Assembly (NCBI GenBank): GCA_965277405.1
Contig: OZ255726.1
Span: 128,001-192,000, forward strand
DNA: 64,000 nt
Direction of reading: 5' to 3'
Source of the DNA: Gammaproteobacteria bacterium
Lineage (GTDB): Bacteria > Pseudomonadota > Gammaproteobacteria > G965277405
Part shown: positions 23,020-32,357 of the stretch, one piece after another
How positions within the stretch are numbered: the stretch's first letter is position 1
How the letters are laid out: each line of letters starts with the position of its first letter
Translations under genes and position numbers: made by a program
The notes under the pieces: model-generated
Seen by the model: the letters and a program-made list of their open reading frames with translations, nothing else
Database searches by the model: none
What the model was told of the DNA's origin: nothing

Positions 23020-23343
23020 CTACAATATTTCCGTTGAGTATTGTGCAGGCAGAACTGGTAAAAACGGTTGTACCATAACGTTTTCATACACCCCTGCTGT
23101 AACATATGGATCATTATCAGCCCATTGTTGCGCCTGTGCTAATGATGCGAACGCAGCAATGATAATTGACCCTGAAAAACCAAACTCAGCTGGTTGCGGC
23201 GTATCGATAGCGGGATTAGGCCCTGCTACCAATAGTTTTCCTTGATCGAGTAAAACTTGAATACGCGCCAAATGCTCGCAGCGGACGCGCTGGCGCAGTG
23301 CCAGACTAGCCGCGACGTCAGTCGCTACAATGCTATACCACAT
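23020..23343 (-). CDS. yciI: YciI-family protein
   Basis: R...HLAR...GKLLVAGP...GFSGS...DPY...GVY. Confidence 0.9.
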   Translation of the reverse strand: MWYSIVATDVAASLALRQRVRCEHLARIQVLLDQGKLLVAGPNPAIDTPQPAEFGFSGSIIIAAFASLAQAQQWADNDPYVTAGVYENVMVQPFLPVLPAQYSTEIL

Positions 23344-23398
23344 GTTATTTTCGTTCCTGTTATTCATGCATAGATGGAGTGAGTTAGTCAGGACCACC

Positions 23399-23457
23399 CT
23401 AGTTATCATCAGCGTTTTTACTCCGTCTCGTCCGTCATGGACTTAATCAGAGCTTCG
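23399..23457 (-). mobile_element. MITE left-end fragment
   Basis: ctagttatcatcagcgttttt...ctccgtctcg...catggacttaatcagagcttc. Confidence 0.85.
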
Positions 23458-23473
23458 TAATCTTTTTTTAATA

Positions 23474-23760
23474 TTATCTTCTATAAACCTCTCGTCTATG
23501 CCTCACCTTAACAACCAAAACATGTAGCTTTTGATCATCTCTTGCACACAACAGCCTGCACACAACAGCCTATAATCCCCTACCCTGAATTTATAAATTC
23601 GCGTTTTATCGCCTATTAAAGGTATTCAAGGTATTCAAGCTAACTTTGGATTGACAACCAATTTTTCTAAAACTGCCTTTTTAATTCTTGACTGTGTTGT
23701 ATCATCTAGCTTTTTAAACTGTTTTTCTGCTTTGTTTGAAAATTCAAACGTCCACGTCAT
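23474..23760 (-). pseudogene. RelE/StbE-family toxin pseudogene
   Basis: Manual translation MTWTFEFSNKAEKQFKKLD...YKFRVGDYRLLC...VVKVRHRREVY. In-frame TGA codons inside a 9-bp duplication, plus a frameshifting 14-bp duplication. Confidence 0.85.
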
Positions 23761-23765
23761 ATTAG

Positions 23766-24011
23766 TTATTTTACGTTTCTAAAAACATCTGCAAAAGTCA
23801 CAGCCTTTTCACCAGAAGCTATAAATTCATCATGCGCTTGTTTAGCTTGCTGATAATCCTCTAAATCTTCAAGTTTTTCTCTCAATAATTGCTCTAAACC
23901 TGTTTTGATGTAGTAGCTTTTAGACCTTTCCTCAGCCCGTGAAACTTTGTTTAGCATCTCTCCTAGCTCTACGGGGATATTGGCAGAAACGTTTATAGAT
24001 GTAGTAGTCAT
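23766..24011 (-). CDS. Ribbon-helix-helix antitoxin (RelB-like)
   Basis: RSKSYYIK...LEDLEDY; directly upstream of the relE remnant; GAGG RBS. Confidence 0.8.
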   Translation of the reverse strand: MTTTSINVSANIPVELGEMLNKVSRAEERSKSYYIKTGLEQLLREKLEDLEDYQQAKQAHDEFIASGEKAVTFADVFRNVK

Positions 24012-24055
24012 AGTCACACCTCATTAAAAAAATAAAGTCATAATACCCATAATAC

Positions 24056-24096
24056 CCAAAAAAGCTGACGTTTGCGCAAACGTCAGTTTTTTTTGG
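24056..24096. terminator. Palindrome flanked by A and T tracts; probable bidirectional terminator
   Basis: AAAAAAG-CTGACGTTTGCGCAAACGTCAG-TTTTTTTT, with a perfect 22-bp core. Confidence 0.6.
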
Positions 24097-24201
24097 ATAA
24101 AATTTCTGTATTGCGAGGAATAGTATTAAGCGACACAGAAAACAACTAGAATGTATAGGACATTGTACACTCTACGCAGATGGTCAAGCGCATTTCATCT
24201 C

Positions 24202-24242
24202 AAGCTCTGACTAAGTCAATCAGTGCCTTAATCAGAGCTTCC
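24202..24242. mobile_element. Minimal ~41-bp MITE made of two TIRs
   Basis: AAGCTCTGACTAAG-tcaatcagtgc-CTTAATCAGAGCTTCC. Confidence 0.8.
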
Positions 24243-24827
24243 CTTATTAACTCCAGTTTTTTGTTCAGGGTTGACCTGCATGGGTCGACCCTGCGCTTCC
24301 TTTGGTAGATATTTAAAAATATACACGGTTTGTATAATCAAGAAACACAGTAAAATCCCCATCTGACCAAATAATTTAAAGTTCACCCAAAAATTTTCTG
24401 AATAATGCATCAACACATACGCATTAACTCCACTTGAAAATAAAAAAAAGATAATCCACATAATGCTGAGATTGCGCCACACCATACTTGGCAATGAAAT
24501 TTGTTTCCCCAATATCCGCTCAACCAACGGCTTGTTGCCAATACAATGACTGCCTAAAAATATAGCTGCAAATAAAGCGTTAATGACTGTTGGCTTCCAT
24601 TGAATAAACGCGTTATTCCGCAAAAAAATGGTCAGCCCACCAAACACCACCACCAACACCAGCGTGGCTAATTGCATCGGTTCAAGTTTTTTTTGTGTCC
24701 AATATAAATACAGCGACTGCACCAAGACCACAACAACCAAAACCACGGTTGCCCAATACATATCTTTGGTAATCCAAAATGTAATTGCAAACAACATCCA
24801 TGGGAGAAATTCAATAACTTGTTTCAT
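24228..24827 (-). CDS. yciB: Inner membrane septation protein YciB/IspZ
   Basis: VFGGLT, FIQWKPT, WVNFKLFG. Confidence 0.93.
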   Translation of the reverse strand: MKQVIEFLPWMLFAITFWITKDMYWATVVLVVVVLVQSLYLYWTQKKLEPMQLATLVLVVVFGGLTIFLRNNAFIQWKPTVINALFAAIFLGSHCIGNKPLVERILGKQISLPSMVWRNLSIMWIIFFLFSSGVNAYVLMHYSENFWVNFKLFGQMGILLCFLIIQTVYIFKYLPKEAQGRPMQVNPEQKTGVNKGSSD

Positions 24828-25411
24828 TATCTTCTGTCTTTCATTGCCAACGCCAGCGTTGACGTATCTAAATATTCCAATTCACTACCTTGTGGAATCC
24901 CTTGCGCAATGCGGCTCACAACACAATGCTGTTGCAACATTGTTTGAATATAATGTGCAGTTGCTTCGCCTTCAAGTGTTGCGCTCAGCGCTAATATTAC
25001 TTCTTGCGCATTCAGTTCATCAACCATTTGCTCAAGCTGCCCCAGCCCAATATTTTCAGGGGTAATATTTTCAATGGGCGATAATAGCCCTGTTAGCACA
25101 AAGTACAAACCTTTGTACATACCGCTTTGATCAATCGCTAATAAATCAGATGGTTGCACAACTACGCAAATCCGCGTCTGATCACGGGTTTGGTCAAGGC
25201 ATACTTCACAAAGTGATAGTTGTGCATAATTGCGGCATTGCGCACACTGATGCACCTGCTGTAACGTTTTACGCAAAATCGCGGCAAGATCCATCCCTTC
25301 TTGGCGATGCCTATGCAATAAATCTAACGCCATGCGCTGCGCACTTTTGGGACCAACGCCTGGAAGTATTCGCAGTGCATCAACCAACTGTTGAACAAGA
25401 ACTGGGAGCAA
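24827..25411 (-). CDS. recR: Recombination mediator RecR
   Basis: LPGVGPKSAQR, C4 zinc finger, Toprim motifs EGEATAHY and SRIAQGIP. Confidence 0.96.
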   Translation of the reverse strand: MLPVLVQQLVDALRILPGVGPKSAQRMALDLLHRHRQEGMDLAAILRKTLQQVHQCAQCRNYAQLSLCEVCLDQTRDQTRICVVVQPSDLLAIDQSGMYKGLYFVLTGLLSPIENITPENIGLGQLEQMVDELNAQEVILALSATLEGEATAHYIQTMLQQHCVVSRIAQGIPQGSELEYLDTSTLALAMKDRR

Positions 25412-25412
25412 T

Positions 25413-25733
25413 TTATAGCGGCAGCTGAAACCCAGGGGGCAGCATTCCTGACACTGAAGACAATACTTCTTGGCGTTTTTTTTCTATCCGCGCAGTGGCA
25501 TCGTTGATTGCTGCAGCAACTAAATCTTCAATAACTTCAATATCCTCAGTCAATAGACTTGGGTCTATTGCTACATTGTGACACCGATAGCCACCATCAA
25601 TATTTACTTTAACCATACCTGCGCCGGCATCACCAACAGCTTGTTGCTGTTTCGCTTGTTGCTGCAAGCCCTCCATTTGTTGTTGCATTTTTTTGACTTG
25701 CTGCAACGCATCTCCCATGTTCCCATTAAACAT
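25413..25733 (-). CDS. ybaB: YbaB/EbfC nucleoid-associated protein
   Basis: GDAGAGMVKV, EDLVAAAINDA; lies between dnaX and recR. Confidence 0.95.
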   Translation of the reverse strand: MFNGNMGDALQQVKKMQQQMEGLQQQAKQQQAVGDAGAGMVKVNIDGGYRCHNVAIDPSLLTEDIEVIEDLVAAAINDATARIEKKRQEVLSSVSGMLPPGFQLPL

Positions 25734-25754
25734 AATTTCTCCAAATCGTATTAT

Positions 25755-26045
25755 GGAATATCTGATGTAAGTCGCTGATGGAGCGAGTTTGCCTGCAATT
25801 GCTGATGATTGCAAGGCGCAGCGCGCATGCCCCGCAAATACTCCAAGGGATGCAACAACACAGCAAGCGTAAGCAATTGCCGCAAACCATCATATATTCA
25901 ACACACCGACGGGAAAAAAACGGTAATAACGTCGTTGCAGTACTTGGCAACACCCACAATACCACCAGTATTATCTGCGCACTGCGTCTAGTTATCATCA
26001 GCGTTTTTTCTCCGTCTCGCCCATCATGGAATAATCAGCAGTTCC
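25755..26045 (-). mobile_element. Full-length MITE between dnaX and ybaB
   Basis: Consensus in reverse; flanks TTAT / TTAG, the latter containing the dnaX stop. Confidence 0.9.
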
Positions 26046-28010
26046 TTAGGTTTTTTTTATTGCATGTGTTTCTGTAATCCAAGCACCAGGAAACTGCTGC
26101 AAAATACTTTGCACATGGCTACTTGCTACGGTCATTTCTGCAACAGCCTGTTGACTTTCTGCTTGTTTTGTTTGCATGTATTGCGCAGGGCTTTGTGCAC
26201 TGGCGACAAACTCATCATCAACTTCGATACAATAATCAAACGCTGTGATAAACATTGAGCGAATCAACTCAAGCACTGGCTGCTGATAGCGTTCATCATC
26301 CCAGGCAACAAAATTTTTGCTACTCATGACCAGATGCAAGGTATTACCAGTTTGCAGCTTCAGCACACATTGGCGTAACAAATGGGTTTCAAGCCCGCCT
26401 TTTTCCGCTAATGCTGCGCAGGCTTTAATCCACGCGTCATTATTTATTTTTGGAAGTTCTGTGCTAGTTATCGCGTGGTCTGTGCCAGCACTGGCAGGGT
26501 CAATTTGAGAATGCTGTGCCGCTGTGCTTGGTGCTGGTGCTGGTGCTGGTGCTGGCGGTATTGAACCCACCTGTTTGTCGTTCGCAATATCATTTTGGGC
26601 AGTTGGCTTGGTCTGCTCAGTTGACGATATCACAGCATGCTGCGGGATTTGCTGCAAAGTTGTTACTGATTTTTCAGCAAAACCAGCGCTAGATTTAGCA
26701 GCGTTGCTGGCAATTGTGGGTCGTTGCTGTTGGAGAGGAGGTGGTGTTGCAGCGGGCTTTGTTGGCGCTGCTGGCTTTGGTTGTTGCTGTGGAGTTGTGG
26801 CGGCTTGGTGGATGTTATTAGGACTGCTGTCATCATCGGTGTGCGCTGCTGGAATAGGGTTGCTAGCCTGTGGCGTTGTTGCAGGCTTTACAGCTGGAGT
26901 TGCGATTGACGCTGCTGGTTGCGGAGCGGGCATGAACGCCAATGCGCGCAGCAGCAACATTTCTACCGCCATCATCGGGTTTGGTAGCAAATATAATTCA
27001 TCAAGCCCTTTAAATAATATTTGATAATACAGTTGGATGTCTTCTGCTGGCTTGGTAGCTGCGTAGTGCTGGATAAGTTCCTGCTCGCTTGGAGCAAACT
27101 TTTGGTCAGGCAGATCGGTAATTTGCATCGTCGCAATTGCTTGCAGCAATGCCAGCAGTGCTTGAATAACATCATGCGGATCACTGCCTGCGCTGGCGAT
27201 TTCCTCAGCAACGTTGAGCATGGTTTTGCCATCACCATCCAGCAACGCACGCAATATATTGTTGGCATGTTCCACACCAACAATGCCTAACATATCACTA
27301 ACTTCTGCTGCATTAACGCTACCATTTCCAAAGGCAATTGCTTGATCTGTTAAACTCAAAGCGTCACGCATCGACCCTTGCCCTGCTTGCGCTAACATGT
27401 CAAGACCCTGTGGTTCAAAGGTGATATTTTCTGCAGTTAATACATGCTGCAGGTGCTGGCGAATTAAATCAACTGCAATATGTTTCAAGTGCATTTGCAG
27501 GCAGCGTGAAACAATTGTGATTGGTAGTTTTTTAGGATCAGTGGTGGCAAATAAAAATATTAAATGTGCTGGGGGTTCTTCCAGAGTTTTCAGCAATGCA
27601 TTAAAACTACTCATCGAAAGCATATGGACTTCATCGATTAAATAGACTTTATATCGACCGCTGGACGGGGGATAGTAGGCATTATCGAGCAGCTCGCGCA
27701 TGCTGTCGACGCCAGTGTTAGATGCAGCATCAAGCTCGACCAAGTCTAAAAATTTTCCAGCATCAATCGCCTTGGCAACAGCGGTAGACTCGTCTGGTGC
27801 TGCCGTCACGCCTGCAGGGTTATTCACACACTTGGCAAAAATTCTGGCAATGGTGGTTTTCCCAACACCGCGGGTGCCTGTGAATAAGTATGCATGATGG
27901 AGGCGGTCATTTTCTAACGCATACGTTAATGTTTTTTTTACGTGTTCTTGCCCAATCATCGCTGCAAAATTTTTGGGTCTGTATTTACGCGCTAATACTA
28001 AGTAGCTCAT
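26046..28010 (-). CDS. dnaX: DNA polymerase III subunit gamma/tau
   Basis: MSYLVLARKYRP, GTRGVGKTT, DEVHML, SRC; Pro/Ala/Gln-rich linker. Confidence 0.97.
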   Translation of the reverse strand: MSYLVLARKYRPKNFAAMIGQEHVKKTLTYALENDRLHHAYLFTGTRGVGKTTIARIFAKCVNNPAGVTAAPDESTAVAKAIDAGKFLDLVELDAASNTGVDSMRELLDNAYYPPSSGRYKVYLIDEVHMLSMSSFNALLKTLEEPPAHLIFLFATTDPKKLPITIVSRCLQMHLKHIAVDLIRQHLQHVLTAENITFEPQGLDMLAQAGQGSMRDALSLTDQAIAFGNGSVNAAEVSDMLGIVGVEHANNILRALLDGDGKTMLNVAEEIASAGSDPHDVIQALLALLQAIATMQITDLPDQKFAPSEQELIQHYAATKPAEDIQLYYQILFKGLDELYLLPNPMMAVEMLLLRALAFMPAPQPAASIATPAVKPATTPQASNPIPAAHTDDDSSPNNIHQAATTPQQQPKPAAPTKPAATPPPLQQQRPTIASNAAKSSAGFAEKSVTTLQQIPQHAVISSTEQTKPTAQNDIANDKQVGSIPPAPAPAPAPSTAAQHSQIDPASAGTDHAITSTELPKINNDAWIKACAALAEKGGLETHLLRQCVLKLQTGNTLHLVMSSKNFVAWDDERYQQPVLELIRSMFITAFDYCIEVDDEFVASAQSPAQYMQTKQAESQQAVAEMTVASSHVQSILQQFPGAWITETHAIKKT

Positions 28011-28453
28011 GGGCTTTGAAATAAATTATTTTGAAACTCAACTAACACGATAATCGCTATCAACAATATTGCTGGTATTTCATTAAAATAGCGAAAATAT
28101 TTTTCGGTTGTTAGCGGTTGTTTTGCCGCAAATTGCTTAATGAATCGCCCACAGCGCAGATGAAAAACCAGCAATAGAGTTACACAACCCAATTTAAGGA
28201 TAAACCACAACCCCAGACTACCGCCGCTGGAAATAAAAAAATGCATCAAGCCAATACCAGATACCACGGTCACCATCGCAGCTGGAGTCATTATTGATTT
28301 ATATAGTTTACGTTCCATCACGCAAAATCGTTGGTAATCAGCCTGTTCTTGTGCTTGGGCGTGGTATACAAACAATCTAGGTAAATACAACAATCCAGCA
28401 AACCAAGCGACCATCGCGATAATGTGTACCGATTTAATCGTTTGAAATATCAT
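28007..28453 (-). CDS. hemJ: Protoporphyrinogen oxidase HemJ
   Basis: HIIAMVAWFAGLLYLPRLFVYH, MERKLY, RYFNEIP. Confidence 0.93.
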   Translation of the reverse strand: MIFQTIKSVHIIAMVAWFAGLLYLPRLFVYHAQAQEQADYQRFCVMERKLYKSIMTPAAMVTVVSGIGLMHFFISSGGSLGLWFILKLGCVTLLLVFHLRCGRFIKQFAAKQPLTTEKYFRYFNEIPAILLIAIIVLVEFQNNLFQSP

Positions 28454-29391
28454 CGACAGTCAACCATTATCGGCATGCTTTTTTGCCACAAAATGCCGTT
28501 GGCAGTGGTTTGCAGGGTTAGCTGCATATCTCCTGTAATATAGGTAAATTCATAGTTGTTAACCATGCTACGGTCCGTGTGTTTATTCCCATCCTTCACA
28601 AAAGATTGGGTTTTGGTGAATAATTTTTCAATAAGAGTCGCCTCGTCTTTTGGAGAAGCATCTGTCATTGTCTTGCACAGCGCAAATACTCGCGTTGTTA
28701 GCATGCCATTGGCAATAGTAGTGTATGAATCACCACAACGTGATGTTTGATACTGCCACGGTTTGCCATTTATTGCTACGCGAACATCCAGCAGGCGTTG
28801 CCAGCGCAAAATACTCGCAGGCAGGGCAACACGCACATCCTTCCACGCCCCATGAAAACTCGATGTGCAAAGGTTGTGATAGGCTTGGGTATGCACGATA
28901 CCTTGTTGTAATGAGCCGACCTCTATCTTTCCAGCAAACGCAATATCTGCCAATGTTGCCGCAGCAACGGTAAAACGAATTTTTTTTGTTATCCGTACTT
29001 TCGGGCGTAAATCGCGAAATGCATTTGGAAATTCGACGTCGTTGGTTTGGATAGTATAGGTGTTGCCGACAACAAAACCGTCCGCAACATTAATCAGGTG
29101 CGGGCCAAACCGCGAGGCGTCTCGATAGGTGCTCGAAACTACAACCCCAACATCCATGACCGCGCCATCTGCCGACATTTCCTGCGCCGTGAACAATTGA
29201 GCATACTTTCTGTCTGCTGCATATAAATCACCGCGCCACACTACCCCCAAGCTGTCTGCTGGAATCTCGGTTACTTGTGCATCAAAACCCAGCTCAAGCA
29301 GCTGGTCGCATTCGCATGCCAGCGCTGGGCTTGGTGCTACTATTAGCGTTAATAGCGTTAATGGATACAACAGCACCGTCACCTTGCTCAT
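28450..29391 (-). CDS. Hypothetical secreted protein
   Basis: 313-aa ORF with a signal peptide (ALA-C); 4-bp overlaps with gshB and hemJ. Confidence 0.7.
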   Translation of the reverse strand: MSKVTVLLYPLTLLTLIVAPSPALACECDQLLELGFDAQVTEIPADSLGVVWRGDLYAADRKYAQLFTAQEMSADGAVMDVGVVVSSTYRDASRFGPHLINVADGFVVGNTYTIQTNDVEFPNAFRDLRPKVRITKKIRFTVAAATLADIAFAGKIEVGSLQQGIVHTQAYHNLCTSSFHGAWKDVRVALPASILRWQRLLDVRVAINGKPWQYQTSRCGDSYTTIANGMLTTRVFALCKTMTDASPKDEATLIEKLFTKTQSFVKDGNKHTDRSMVNNYEFTYITGDMQLTLQTTANGILWQKSMPIMVDCR

Positions 29392-30326
29392 GCTGTTGAT
29401 AACACGCTATTCCAAAATAATGCTGCTATATCTACGCCAGAATCACGAGTAACTTCTCGTATTCCCGTTGGGCTGGTAACGTTAATTTCTATTAAATATT
29501 TACCAATAATATCAATGCCAACAAGGTGCAGTCCTTTTCCTTGCAATTGATCCCCTACAACTGTTGCAATTTCACGGTCTCGAGTGCCAAGTGGCTGGGT
29601 GACGCCTACCCCACCTGCTGCTAAATTTGCTCTTGCCTCATGCGGTAGCGGAACACGCGCCAAGCAATATGCAACTGGTTCACCGTCAATCAACAACACA
29701 CGTTTATCGCCTTGAGCTACGGCAGCAATATACTGTTGCATCATTATCGCAACGTGGCCATCAGCGCTCAGCAGCTCAATTGCCGAATGCGCGTTATCAT
29801 CGTTGGGTTTAATGTGGAGAATCCCTTTGCCTCCCATCCCATCAAGCGGCTTGATAATAACATCACGCCACTGTTGGTATTGTCCGTATAACTCAGCCAT
29901 GTTGCTGCTTACCAGTGTGTCGGGTGCAAACTTTGCAAAATGGCACGAATAAATTTTTTCATTATAATCTCGGAGCATTTGTGGGTTATTCACCACCGTT
30001 GCTCCTTGGAGTTCAGCAAGTGACAGCACATGGGTGTTATATAAAAACTGGGCATTGAATGGCGGGTCCTGGCGCATCAAGATAATGTCAAATTCAGCTA
30101 ATTTTCGCTGTTGTGGCGCTGCAACAGTGTAAAAATCTGCAGCATCTGCACGCACAGTCAGCGCTTGGCTTATTCCTTGCGCGTAGCCTAAGTGAATTGT
30201 AAGCGTGCTCTTTTCGATATAATGCAGCTCAAAGCCTAGCTTTGCCGCCTCAAATAACAGCCCAAGCGTTGTGTCTTTAATGTACTTGACCCGCGCTATC
30301 GAGTCCATCACCACCGCAACACGCAT
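29388..30326 (-). CDS. gshB: Glutathione synthetase
   Basis: MRQDPPF, KPLDGMGG, GDKR, NLAAGG, EINVTSPT. Confidence 0.97.
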   Translation of the reverse strand: MRVAVVMDSIARVKYIKDTTLGLLFEAAKLGFELHYIEKSTLTIHLGYAQGISQALTVRADAADFYTVAAPQQRKLAEFDIILMRQDPPFNAQFLYNTHVLSLAELQGATVVNNPQMLRDYNEKIYSCHFAKFAPDTLVSSNMAELYGQYQQWRDVIIKPLDGMGGKGILHIKPNDDNAHSAIELLSADGHVAIMMQQYIAAVAQGDKRVLLIDGEPVAYCLARVPLPHEARANLAAGGVGVTQPLGTRDREIATVVGDQLQGKGLHLVGIDIIGKYLIEINVTSPTGIREVTRDSGVDIAALFWNSVLSTA

Positions 30327-30327
30327 A

Positions 30328-30894
30328 CTAACAGCGAGAAATATACGCGCCGCTGCGCGTATCTATTTTTAAAACTTCACCAATTTCTATAAAAAGAGGC
30401 ACCTTTACGACTGAACCTGTAGCCAACGTAGCCGGTTTTGTGCCGCCACTGGCGGTGTCACCACGCAGCCCTGGGTCGGTATCCGTCACCGCTAAATTCA
30501 CAAAATTTGGTGGTTCCACCGCTAACGGCGCACCGTTGAACAAGGTAACAGTGCATTGATCTTCTGCACTAATCCATGGGGATGCACGCGCTACGGCTGT
30601 GGCATTCGCTACGTATTGTTCATAACTGCCATCCATTGCCATGAAATACCATAGTTGGTCATCAGCGTATAAAAACTGCATTTCTAAATTTATAACGTCG
30701 GCAATATCAAGACTTTCGCCAGATTTGAATGTTCGCTCCCAAACTTTATCAGTACGTAAATTACGCAATTTAACGCGGACAAATGCCTGTCCTTTGCCAG
30801 GTTTCACAAACACGTGTTCCAGCAGTGAACAAGGATCTCCATCAATCATTACTTTCAAGCCGTTTTTAAAATCATTTGTCGAAACTTTAGCCAT
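30328..30894 (-). CDS. efp: Elongation factor P
   Basis: [20 protein letters not shown]. Confidence 0.98.
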   Translation of the reverse strand: MAKVSTNDFKNGLKVMIDGDPCSLLEHVFVKPGKGQAFVRVKLRNLRTDKVWERTFKSGESLDIADVINLEMQFLYADDQLWYFMAMDGSYEQYVANATAVARASPWISAEDQCTVTLFNGAPLAVEPPNFVNLAVTDTDPGLRGDTASGGTKPATLATGSVVKVPLFIEIGEVLKIDTRSGAYISRC

Positions 30895-31087
30895 GGATGC
30901 CTCGTAGAGTAAATATCAAAGATCTGTTTACCAAATAAAAATATAGCATGGAACGTATTACGCAACATGCAGCGTCTATTACCCGCAATCGCTTTAATTG
31001 TAAATGCAGTCATTTTGTGATTATCATACCCATACAACGCATGAAAACTACTGCACTTGTAAAACTATATGCTACGATGCCACAAGC

Positions 31088-31164
31088 GCGCCCGTAGCTC
31101 AGTTGGATAGAGCGCCTGGCTACGAACCAGGAGGTCAGGAGTTCGAATCTCTTCGGGCGCACCA
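31088..31164 (+). tRNA. tRNA-Arg(ACG)
   Basis: GCGCCCG/CGGGCGC acceptor stem, anticodon arm CCTGG-CTACGAA-CCAGG, GTTCGAATC, encoded CCA. Confidence 0.97.
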
Positions 31165-31212
31165 ACAATAAATCAAAACGAACACCCTCTTTTGGATGCC
31201 AATATACGACTC

Positions 31213-31803
31213 ATGCACCAGCATTTTCAAGATATTATTTCTGCAAGCATCGCTACCAAACAACAGTCAGCCACGGTGCTTGAGAATGATTTTTGCAACG
31301 CTGTTGCTGTTCTCGTTGCCGCATTACAAAACGATAAAAAAATTATGATATGCGGCAACGGCGGCAGTGCTGCAGATGCGCAACATTTTGCTGCAGAGCT
31401 TGTCAATCGCTTTGAAGTAGAACGACCACCTCTCGCTGCCATTGCATTAACCACAGATACATCGACGCTCACATCGATTGCCAATGATTATTCCTATAGT
31501 GAAATATATTCAAAACAAATTGCAGCAATCAGCAGTGTTGGTGATGGACTCATCGCAATTTCCACTAGCGGTAACTCTGAAAACATCAATATGGCAATCC
31601 AAGTTGCTCAGCAAAAAGGAGTTAAAGTCATTGCTTTAACTGGGAAAGATGGCGGCATACTGCGTGGTTTTTTGCAACAAGGAGATGTTGAATTATGCGT
31701 CCCCAGCAATTCTACGGCACGAATCCAAGAAATGCATATCGTCATTTTACACGCATTGTGTGATGCGATTGATAGAGCACTATTCCCTGCATTATTCGAG
31801 TAA
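31213..31803 (+). CDS. gmhA: SIS-domain phosphoheptose isomerase GmhA / DiaA family
   Basis: CGNGGSAADAQHF, IANDY, STSGNS, TARIQE. Its position before a BON protein mirrors diaA-yraP. Confidence 0.8.
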   Translation: MHQHFQDIISASIATKQQSATVLENDFCNAVAVLVAALQNDKKIMICGNGGSAADAQHFAAELVNRFEVERPPLAAIALTTDTSTLTSIANDYSYSEIYSKQIAAISSVGDGLIAISTSGNSENINMAIQVAQQKGVKVIALTGKDGGILRGFLQQGDVELCVPSNSTARIQEMHIVILHALCDAIDRALFPALFE

Positions 31804-31811
31804 TAGTAATA

Positions 31812-32357
31812 ATGTTGTACCGCTGTATCATTGTATTGCTGTTATTTCAAAATACAGCAGTATTTGCAGCAGAGTCAATCTTTCTTTCAGACCACCGCAT
31901 TAAGCAAGACAGGCTTATTGAGGATTTTGTCAATGTTAATCTAGAGACGGTAGATAAACGATTTACTTTTTATGATATCCGCGCTAAAGCTCTGAATGGC
32001 TATGTATTGCTGTACGGCAATGCCCCCGATGACAACTTAAAACGCAAAGCTGGTAATTTTACCCAACGCATTGCTGGTGTCCGCAAATTATTTAATCAAA
32101 TTACTATTGGCAATCGCCGTTTTCCTGACTCACCACTCGATGATTTTATTACTGCTGGTCAAATCGAAAAGCGCCTATTATTTAGCAAAATTGCTACGAC
32201 TAATGTGCGCTATGTAGTCTATGACGACAGCATTTATTTACTCGGCCTAGTCAGACGGAGCAACGCCATATCATTGCTACAAAAACTTCAAGAACTCAAA
32301 CAAATTCGTTACATTTATACCATGTTTGAATACATCATAGAAACCGAAGAACAATGA
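31812..32357 (+). CDS. BON-domain protein (DolP/YraP-like)
   Basis: NGYVLLYG...GVRKLFNQI; D..IT...IYLLGLV; synteny. Confidence 0.75.
   Translation: MLYRCIIVLLLFQNTAVFAAESIFLSDHRIKQDRLIEDFVNVNLETVDKRFTFYDIRAKALNGYVLLYGNAPDDNLKRKAGNFTQRIAGVRKLFNQITIGNRRFPDSPLDDFITAGQIEKRLLFSKIATTNVRYVVYDDSIYLLGLVRRSNAISLLQKLQELKQIRYIYTMFEYIIETEEQ

Noticed and set aside
4735-25814. N-terminal extensions of the rhomboid protease (4735), yciI (23409) and ybaB (25814) in the ORF track
   Set aside because: They begin inside MITE sequence at non-ATG or RBS-less starts; family-typical starts lie downstream
26390-26410. Programmed -1 frameshift site in dnaX
   Set aside because: Only GAAAAAG (five A) is present, not the A AAA AAG heptamer, and it lies late in the gene
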